Source of the DNA: Candidatus Poribacteria bacterium
GTDB taxonomy: Bacteria; Poribacteria; WGA-4E; WGA-3G
Reading direction: 5' to 3'
Assembly (NCBI GenBank): GCA_965205015.1
Contig: OZ242029.1
Location: 992,001 to 1,056,000 of the forward strand
Length of the DNA: 64,000 bases
Part shown: in pieces, positions 56,858 to 64,000 of the stretch
How positions within the stretch are numbered: the stretch's first letter is position 1
Layout of the letters: every line of letters starts with the position of its first letter
Position numbers and translations under genes: made by a program
The notes under the pieces: model-generated
What the model saw: only the letters and a program-made list of their open reading frames with translations
Told to the model about the DNA's origin: nothing
The model's database searches: none

Positions 56858-58261
56858 CTATTCATCAATTCCTCGGGTAAAGACCGCCATTTGCGTCGGC
56901 GGACCGACCTCTTCAGCTTCTGGTCCGATCGGGTGAAATACGACGGCGTAACCGAAACGTTTAGCGACCCCTACTGCCCAAGATTGAAACTCGTTCCGTG
57001 TCCACTCAAAACGGTGGTCCCTATGTCGAAAGGATCCAGCTTGTAGGTTCTCAAACTTCACGTTGTATTCTATATTAGGTGTGGTCAATACAACAGTCCG
57101 AGGACAAGCGAACTCGAAAATTACCCGCTCAAAAACCGCAAGTCGCGGCGGATCTAAGTGTTCGATTACCTCTATAACCGCAGCTGCATCGTATCCAGCC
57201 AAACGTTCATCTCGGTAGCCCAAGGACCCTTGGAACAAGCGGAGCCGTTTTTTCTGCTTCTCCGGCAACCCGTCGTAATCAAGCCGTTCCCGCGCGATTT
57301 TTAGGATGCGATGTGAAACGTCCATCCCGACGATTTCTTCAAACTGTTTTTCAGCCAACAACTTACGGAGAAGTTTTCCTTCACCACACCCCAAATCGAG
57401 AATGCGTCTTGCGCCACACTGTTTGAGGACTTCAGTGACGCTATGTAAACGAACTTCGTTCAGACGGATACGTTCTTCGACCTGTTCTTCTTGTGCTTGA
57501 CCGGATTCGTCAGTCTCTTGAGCGTCTTCTTCACGCAATTGTGCCAGGGCTTCACGCGTGAGTTGCCGTTGGTGTTTCAAGTAACGACGGACAATAGATT
57601 CCTGTTCCGGATGCGCAGCGAGCCAATCGTTACCATGCTTTAAGAGTTTTTCGATCTCCGCATCGCCAACCCAGTAGTGCTTCTCATCGTCAAGTACAGG
57701 CATCAAAACGTAAAGGTGGGTGAGGAGGTCGCTTAAGCGACAAGTATTTTCGAGCGCCACCGAAAAATAACGACTCTGTCCCCAATCGGGAAACTGGGGA
57801 TTTAGCACATGTTGTTTCGCCTCTACCGTATAACCGAGCGGCTCGAAAAGTCGCCGCAATAATTCCTCTCCGCCACGACAGGGTAGGACGGATAATTTCG
57901 CATTCAAAGGGATCTCTGTTTCCGCGAGTTGTGAACGTTCTTTGCACTTACCAGACAACGCACTTCCAAATACCCGAGCGATTGCAACACTCAAAAACGA
58001 CGAGGCGACGTACGGACGATCACTGACGTACTGCGCCAGCGCGAAATTTTCTGCAGATTGTCCGTGAGGACGGCGGACAAGTCCAACCGAATCCACATCA
58101 AGAAGTAGTGCTGCTGTACATTTCTCAACGCACGCCTCTGGATAAAAGACGTGTGCTTGACCAAAGGTAAGCGTAAAGGATTGAATTCGCGCGGGGTGTT
58201 TATGCAGCAGATAACCGAGATCTGTTGCTGGAGAATATGGAGTCGATATTGTCAATAGCAT
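56858..58261 (-). CDS. hen1: 3'-terminal RNA ribose 2'-O-methyltransferase Hen1
   Basis: ATDLGYLLHKHP ligase-activating domain; LDLGCGEG, EVIEH, TTPN.EYN, HRFEW. Confidence 0.95.
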   Translation of the reverse strand: MLLTISTPYSPATDLGYLLHKHPARIQSFTLTFGQAHVFYPEACVEKCTAALLLDVDSVGLVRRPHGQSAENFALAQYVSDRPYVASSFLSVAIARVFGSALSGKCKERSQLAETEIPLNAKLSVLPCRGGEELLRRLFEPLGYTVEAKQHVLNPQFPDWGQSRYFSVALENTCRLSDLLTHLYVLMPVLDDEKHYWVGDAEIEKLLKHGNDWLAAHPEQESIVRRYLKHQRQLTREALAQLREEDAQETDESGQAQEEQVEERIRLNEVRLHSVTEVLKQCGARRILDLGCGEGKLLRKLLAEKQFEEIVGMDVSHRILKIARERLDYDGLPEKQKKRLRLFQGSLGYRDERLAGYDAAAVIEVIEHLDPPRLAVFERVIFEFACPRTVVLTTPNIEYNVKFENLQAGSFRHRDHRFEWTRNEFQSWAVGVAKRFGYAVVFHPIGPEAEEVGPPTQMAVFTRGIDE

Positions 58262-58365
58262 AACAATGTATCAAGACATACAGTAAATCGAAAGAAGAAT
58301 ATTGCGGTAATCTATAATAATCTGGAGTCCTCGTCAGTTAAAAATTCTAAGTCTGCATACGTCAT

Positions 58366-58394
58366 ATTATACCTTCTTTTCTGTATCTCGTCAA
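58366..58394 (-). promoter_or_regulatory. Sigma-70 promoter of hen1-pnkp
   Basis: TTGACG-17 nt-TATAAT. Confidence 0.65.
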
Positions 58395-58574
58395 GTCTTT
58401 TGCAGCACCTTCCAGAGACGTTCGGTCCTCAGTTGTCAGCTATTGGCAGTCAGTCAGTTGAGATGCATGACATTTGTTTTAAACTTAAAAATGCAGTATA
58501 ATAGAACGAACACTCTTACCTGACATCTTGTACCATCAAATAGAATCGGTGCCACGCTCGGAGGATATTGCAAA

Positions 58575-60047
58575 ATGGCGGATTTTGATTCTCACGCATA
58601 CACACCGGTATACCCGGGTCCGAACGATGATCTGCTTGAGGCGCAAGCGCGAGTTTGCACGGGACCTCACCAGACGCGCCCGTTGGGTATCAACCCTTCG
58701 GATTTTCCGCAACCGGAGCCACTTCTTGAAACGCTTCTGAAGTCCCTAAAGGGTGAACTTCCGGAATCAGCAGCAGCTTCAGAGGCACAGATGGGTGCGT
58801 TCTTTGCGGCGATGACGCTCCGCGCCTATTTCCCAAAAGCAACACAGTGGAGTCCGGCAGAGCAGACAGCGTTCCGTAAATACCGTTCAGCACTTACAGA
58901 ACAATTGCCCCCGGAAATTAAATACCTCATGAACCCTGAGCAGGGTTACGTAGCCGCGAACCCGACAGAGGCAATCGTCGTGAAGGCGTTAGAAAAGATT
59001 CTACGGGCAAAACATTTAAGTTATATCGAAACCCGTGAGATGTGTAAAGCCATCCTTGGCGACGATGTGAAACCTGCCTTCAAAGGGGCTGCACTCATCG
59101 GACAGCGGATGAACCGCGAGACCTACCAGGAGGTGCGAGGGTATCTTGACGCGTTTTTCGGACCCGAAGCGGTCCAACCGATCAATGTTGCAACGTTAAC
59201 GCATTTTGGGCAGCCTTACGACGGCGCAACGCGTTATTTTCGTCCGACCCTATTCGTCGCGGCGGTGCGTGCCGCACTCGGCGAAGCATCACTTCTCCAC
59301 AGTGTGGATGCAATGCCACCAAAGAACGGTGTGACAGAGGAAACTATTCTGATAGCACTCGGTGCGAACACGCGACTGTCACTCGCCCAGACGGCTTCAC
59401 TGATTACAGACGCATCGGTGGGTTTCGGATATATCAGTCAACGTGAGTATTGTCCCGCCGCTTATAATTTGCGCGAACTACGGGTGCACATCAAAAAACG
59501 TCCACCTTGGGCAGCGACTGAGAAGGCGCAACAGTTCTTTTCTGCACGAGAAGCGAACTACATGGTGCTCGGCTATTATCATATCGGTTACGAGAAACCA
59601 CTTCTCCAATTGGCGTGGGAGCGCGGGGTTGATGCCGCGGTTGCCGTAAAGGGGGAGGAAGGGACAAGCCATTATGCACTCCGACTGGGGAAGCCTTCCA
59701 CAAGTGATAGAATGGCAATTAACTATTCTCAAGGTTTCCGTCGGGTAAACGATACCCGTGAAGATTTTGCGTTGGATATCGATCCAGAGATTTATGGATT
59801 TGACTATACAAGAAGCCCACGTCCGGAGGTTGTTAGCGCGGAGGCATTTGCAGAAGCCGGCGTGGCGGCATTATCCGGTGAAAAAGGGCATATCTACGAC
59901 AGGATTCTCTTAAACACAGCGATGGTAGATTACCTGTTAGGAATTTGCCCAGACCCTAAAGATGCGCTTGCCCGCGCCCGATCAGTAATGGACGATGGGA
60001 GCGCGTTGAAGCATCTACAGGCATATACAACCGTCAGCAATCAGTAG
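58575..60047 (+). CDS. Anthranilate phosphoribosyltransferase-like (glycosyltransferase family 3 / YbiB-like) protein
   Basis: AQMGAFFAA, GQPYDG, PPKNG, VKGEEG, ILLN; lacks the canonical TrpD GTGGD. Confidence 0.6.
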   Translation: MADFDSHAYTPVYPGPNDDLLEAQARVCTGPHQTRPLGINPSDFPQPEPLLETLLKSLKGELPESAAASEAQMGAFFAAMTLRAYFPKATQWSPAEQTAFRKYRSALTEQLPPEIKYLMNPEQGYVAANPTEAIVVKALEKILRAKHLSYIETREMCKAILGDDVKPAFKGAALIGQRMNRETYQEVRGYLDAFFGPEAVQPINVATLTHFGQPYDGATRYFRPTLFVAAVRAALGEASLLHSVDAMPPKNGVTEETILIALGANTRLSLAQTASLITDASVGFGYISQREYCPAAYNLRELRVHIKKRPPWAATEKAQQFFSAREANYMVLGYYHIGYEKPLLQLAWERGVDAAVAVKGEEGTSHYALRLGKPSTSDRMAINYSQGFRRVNDTREDFALDIDPEIYGFDYTRSPRPEVVSAEAFAEAGVAALSGEKGHIYDRILLNTAMVDYLLGICPDPKDALARARSVMDDGSALKHLQAYTTVSNQ

Positions 60048-60238
60048 TCAGTTGTTTGAATCAGGATCTACAGGATTCAAGGATTTGCAGCAGGATGAGA
60101 GCGGGTCGGTTCTCCGTCAGCAAGAGGGAATGGAAGGTTGGAAGACCAGAAGGGTGGGTCCCCAATCTTCCTCCCTTCCAGCCAATTCCTTCCAACCCAA
60201 CACTGATGATTTTCAATATGCTGAAAGCTGACAGCCGA

Positions 60239-61381
60239 TTAAATGTAACCCGTTGAACCGTCGGGTCGGATGGGGCAGGTGCGTTGCCAATGGATGTATT
60301 CATTATCGGTAATCGCGGATTCGTTGATCTCGACTCCCAAGCCGGGACGGTCTCGCAATTCCAGATACCCATCCTTTGGTAGATAAGGTTCGTCTACCCA
60401 ATCATTCCATTCCGTCTCGGTGGGCAGGAGATACTCAAGGATTTTAAAATTCGGGGTTGCAGCGGCAAAGTGAACATTCACTGCCGTTGCGAGCGGTCCC
60501 ATCGGGTTGTGGGGTGCGATACTGACATAGTGTGCCTCGGCAATCGCAGCAATCTTTCGCATCTCCAACAGTCCCCCACAGACACAAATGTCGGGTTGAA
60601 TGATATCCGCACCTTGTGCTGCGATAAGATCCAGAAACTCAAAGCGTGTATAGAGGGATTCCCCTGTCGCGAGTGGCACTTGCATTTGGGCGCGTAGACG
60701 CGCCCACGCTGGCATGTGTTCGGGTCGGAGGGGTTCTTCATAGAAATAGGGATCGTAGGGCGCGAGGGCGTTTGCGAGTTGGAGTGCGCGAATCGGCTCG
60801 AAAATTTTAGCGTGTGGATCAAAAGCGAACTCCCACTCCGTGGGTGTATTGTCCCGAATTTGTTCAAAATAGGTCGCCGCTGCATCACAGACGCGTCCCC
60901 AGCGATCTGCATCTGGATCGAGTTGGTAAGGACTCGTCTTGAAAGCGGTGAATCCCCAATCTTCATGGAGTTTGCGCGCTTGATCGGCGGCTTCGATGCC
61001 ATCCCTACCGCCGATACCACGATAGATCCGAATGCGGTCTCTGGCGTGTCCACCGAGGAGCATGTACACCGGCAAACCCGCCGCTTTTCCACTGATGTCC
61101 CATAACGCATGATCGACAGCAGAAATGACGGCAAGTCCAGCCCCGCCCGGCGGGAACCGGAACTGCTGATGCAGTTTCATCATTATGTATTCAATTCGTC
61201 TCGGGTCGTCCCCTTGAATCATCTCAAAGATGTAATCAGCAATCGGTTCAACAGAGAGGTCGGGACCTGTGGAGTAGGCTTCACCCCATCCATAGAGCCC
61301 CTCGTCTGTTTCGACTTTGATGAGCCCGCGGGGTCGATTGCCAAATCGCGCCATAAAGGTTTTGATCGCTGTAATTTTCAC
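60239..61381 (-). CDS. Mandelate racemase/galactonate dehydratase-like enolase superfamily enzyme
   Basis: KVETDEG..GWGE, ALWDI.GK, DPH, YEEP, TGE, QPD, APHN, PGLG. Confidence 0.9.
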   Translation of the reverse strand: MKITAIKTFMARFGNRPRGLIKVETDEGLYGWGEAYSTGPDLSVEPIADYIFEMIQGDDPRRIEYIMMKLHQQFRFPPGGAGLAVISAVDHALWDISGKAAGLPVYMLLGGHARDRIRIYRGIGGRDGIEAADQARKLHEDWGFTAFKTSPYQLDPDADRWGRVCDAAATYFEQIRDNTPTEWEFAFDPHAKIFEPIRALQLANALAPYDPYFYEEPLRPEHMPAWARLRAQMQVPLATGESLYTRFEFLDLIAAQGADIIQPDICVCGGLLEMRKIAAIAEAHYVSIAPHNPMGPLATAVNVHFAAATPNFKILEYLLPTETEWNDWVDEPYLPKDGYLELRDRPGLGVEINESAITDNEYIHWQRTCPIRPDGSTGYI

Positions 61382-61418
61382 GTTTTTAGCCCTTGCCTCG
61401 GTTACGGCAGACCGGAGC

Positions 61419-61970
61419 CTACCTCCGATTTTGTAGGTTTTCTGTGAATGCTTCCAGACTTTGTACTCGGGGAGCGGAGCGGAGTAACTCTTTCAAGCGT
61501 TCCAAATCCTTAATAGCTTCAAGCCTTGGTTTTAGAGCTTGCACCGCTTCAGGTTGGAACTGATCGCTGAGGAGTGTCAGAATTGAGTCAATGGTCCCGG
61601 CTCTTTGACCGCGTTCAAGACCGCGTTCAAGACCGCGTTCAAGACCGCGTTCAAGACCGCGTGCTTCCGCTTCTTGAATATATTCTTGGAAAAAAGGAGA
61701 TTCTTGCATAATACCCTCCGGTAAACGTTCTTCTACCAGTTGTTTGTCGTAAACCAACCCCCCGAAAATACCCAAAGCCGCTAATAAGAGGTTTACGTCC
61801 TCCGAACCTATATTTGAAGCTGCTTCGGTGTGGTGCGTTCTGAGTGTAAGTTGCTCCGTCGCCAATTCTTCCAGTACTATCAGGTCTGGATACTCAAGAA
61901 TATGCTCAGTGAAGGGTTTCGGGTAGCCCAGGGTCACAAATTTGGCGGCATTGTCGTAGCGGTGTCTCAT
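61419..61970 (-). pseudogene. Rpn/DUF4351-like protein, apparently internally deleted, with (GLER)n repeat
   Basis: YD..AK N-terminus and MQESPFFQE...GLERGLER C-terminus, but no central E.Q nuclease segment. Confidence 0.5.
61607..61661. repeat. 12-bp tandem repeat (gaccgcgttcaa x ~4.5) encoding GLER
   Basis: Visible directly in the sequence. Confidence 0.9.
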
Positions 61971-62019
61971 AGAGATAGTATACCACAGCGCGCCAAAACC
62001 TGCCAATTTTTTTAACGTC

Positions 62020-63561
62020 TTACCAGGGGTGCGTGCGAAAGGGTGATGCAGGGAGCCCTTCCTTATTCACGAGATTCGGTTCCGCACTTTGATGCCAACC
62101 GAATCGAACGGCAACCGGATTCGCAACGGCAGTGCTGGAGACCACAATTGTGTCGCCCTCAACTGTCGCTTTCGCCTCAACGAATTGCTTATCCTCGCCC
62201 GCGATTTCAAACCATGTCAGAGGCTGTTCGTCTTTCGCCATCAAGCCACTCCCAACGAAGTCAAAACGCAGTCGGATCGTGTCGCCTTCTACCACCATCG
62301 ACTTGTAAATCGGACCGGAATAGGTTACATCCTCTCTGCCGTAGGTTTTCGCGAGTGCCCATAACGCAAGTCGTCTGCCAACCTCCTGCTTGTTTTGAGG
62401 ATGGATGTCCTTGAGGTTGCCGACATCCGTCGTCACAGCCATACCGGTATGCGGGACGGATAACGTCGCGGCTTGTGCTTCCCAAATTGCCGGTAGAGAA
62501 AATGGGCTGGCTCCCCAACCGTAATTAAACGGGGCAAGCTGCACGAAATAGAAGGGGAAATCGCCCTGTCCCCAAACCTCACGCCATCCGTTGATGAGTG
62601 CTTTCATCTTTTCATGGTAGAGCATTCCGTCCTGAAGGTTCGACTCGCCTTGGTACCAGATTGCCCCACGGAGCGCGTAAGGAACGATCGGATGCACCAT
62701 GCCGTTGTAGAGCCCGGTGGGTCTGGCGTGATGTCTCAGAGCGTGTCTATTTTCGGGGATCTGTGTAAGGCGAGCGTCGGTTTCTAATGCCTTCCGCGTT
62801 TCTGCAATCCACGCTTCAATCTCCTTCATCTTTTCCGGGAGCTGCTCGCGATAGTTCGCATCCGCTTCCTGAATCTCTTTGGATATGGATTCAAGCGCAG
62901 GGACGGTTGTGAAACCAACAGGCGGTGTCCACGGCTCAATGCGGGTGCCGCCCCAATTGGTGCTGATTAATCCAATCGGGACATTGAGGTTCTTGTAGAG
63001 TTTTCTACCGAAATAATAAGCAACAGCGGAGAAATTCTCGATCGTTTGTGGGGTGGTCTCATGCCAGTCGGCTTCGACATCTTGCTGAAGTAATCCTGAG
63101 GGTCTGTGCGGGATGTCAAACAGTCGGATCTTTGGATAGTCTGCCGCAGCGATTTCTGCATCGGCATCTCTTGAGGCACGTACCGACCATTCCATATTCG
63201 ATTGTCCGGAGCAGACCCAAACTTCCCCGAAGAGAACGTTTGTCAATTCAAGGGTATTATTTCCCTTAAAATGAAGTGTATAGGGACCCCCGGCTTTTCT
63301 CGCTGGGAGTTCGGTTCGCCAATCACCTTTCATATCGGCAACTACAGGGGTCGAGAAAAGTGGATCGGCATCCTCGCCTTCGGCACTGAGAGTTATCGTG
63401 ATTTCCTCGCCTGGGGATGCCCAACCCCAGATAGGACTGCGTATGTCGCGTTGTAACACCATGTTACTACCGATGACACTTGGCAACGTAACCTCGGCAT
63501 GCACGAAGGGTTGCGTGAAGAGTAATAGGAAACCGATGAAAGATAGCATTAATCGCTTCAT
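62020..63561 (-). CDS. Sialate O-acetylesterase (SASA/DUF303) family, secreted
   Basis: Signal peptide, GEVWVCSGQSNM, WGGT, WYQGESN, DIHP. Confidence 0.92.
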   Translation of the reverse strand: MKRLMLSFIGFLLLFTQPFVHAEVTLPSVIGSNMVLQRDIRSPIWGWASPGEEITITLSAEGEDADPLFSTPVVADMKGDWRTELPARKAGGPYTLHFKGNNTLELTNVLFGEVWVCSGQSNMEWSVRASRDADAEIAAADYPKIRLFDIPHRPSGLLQQDVEADWHETTPQTIENFSAVAYYFGRKLYKNLNVPIGLISTNWGGTRIEPWTPPVGFTTVPALESISKEIQEADANYREQLPEKMKEIEAWIAETRKALETDARLTQIPENRHALRHHARPTGLYNGMVHPIVPYALRGAIWYQGESNLQDGMLYHEKMKALINGWREVWGQGDFPFYFVQLAPFNYGWGASPFSLPAIWEAQAATLSVPHTGMAVTTDVGNLKDIHPQNKQEVGRRLALWALAKTYGREDVTYSGPIYKSMVVEGDTIRLRFDFVGSGLMAKDEQPLTWFEIAGEDKQFVEAKATVEGDTIVVSSTAVANPVAVRFGWHQSAEPNLVNKEGLPASPFRTHPW

Positions 63562-63645
63562 ATCGTTGCTCCTTGTAATTAAGGTGAATTTGAAAAATCT
63601 GTCTGATAATTCGCCGCGGAACTCCCATGCCAAGTTAACGTTCCT

Positions 63646-63999
63646 CTAATTTCTATCGCCATTCCCTTGAAGGCGTTCAGCGAGGTAACTGTTGCGTTGC
63701 ATAACTTGATTGTTGCGGATACAGATGCCGAGTGCTCGCTTGGTGCCGACTATGACGACACACTCTTTCGCACGGGTGATACCGGTGTAGAGCAGATTTC
63801 GTTGTAACATGAGATAGTGTTGCGTGTGCAAGGGGATAACAACGGCCGGATACTCACTCCCTTGCGCTTTATGGATAGTCGTCGCGTAAGCTAAGACGAG
63901 TTCTCCAAGGTCTGCGGTATCGTAAGCGACCTGCTTATCAGGGAATTGGATGTACACCTTTTTGTCGAGATGCTCAATTTCGAGGACTCTTCCGATATC
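63646..63999 (-). CDS. recD2: C-terminus of RecD2-like ATP-dependent helicase (partial)
   Basis: LAYATTIHKAQGSEY, RNLLYTGITRAK; frame stays open to the window edge. Confidence 0.88.
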   Translation of the reverse strand, partial: DIGRVLEIEHLDKKVYIQFPDKQVAYDTADLGELVLAYATTIHKAQGSEYPAVVIPLHTQHYLMLQRNLLYTGITRAKECVVIVGTKRALGICIRNNQVMQRNSYLAERLQGNGDRN

Positions 64000-64000
64000 G

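Noticed and set aside
60478-61134. 218-aa alternative-frame ORF, and similar long shadow ORFs (5474..6016, 23405..23953, 48166..48777)
   Set aside because: They fully overlap well-supported genes and show no recognisable motifs
1-64000. tRNA, rRNA, prophage or integron
   Set aside because: No cloverleaf or rRNA signature, phage structural gene, integrase or attC array recognised by eye

Overview
Bacterial, gene-dense 64 kb window from a Gram-negative organism (lipid A genes lpxC-fabZ, lpxA, lpxI). The LamG proteins ending in 'P..KLTTTWG.IK', the dockerin+FlgD-Ig-tailed sulfatases and the dense intergenic palindromes suggest Candidatus Poribacteria or a relative (inference). Main content: (1) a secreted-protein region (1-8.2 kb) with two LamG proteins, an intact IS4-like element with target-site duplication, a PorV-like barrel and a UGA-split selenocysteine redoxin lipoprotein; (2) a VapC toxin with a duplicated antitoxin, housekeeping genes, a PspA/ABC operon and a small type II R-M pair; (3) a ubiB-ruvX-mltG-lpxC/fabZ-lpxA-lpxI cluster followed by an unannotated SelW/Rdx selenoprotein; (4) a ~25 kb co-oriented minus-strand surface-glycan locus with four sulfotransferases, a deacetylase, a clan-A glycoside hydrolase, Wzy/flippase/Wzi and four tandem Tat-exported sulfatases, a candidate build-and-edit system for a sulfated, glycosaminoglycan-like capsule; (5) a Hen1-Pnkp RNA repair operon and miscellaneous catabolic genes. 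No rRNA, tRNA or CRISPR array was seen. All assignments come from motif reading by eye; no searches were run.
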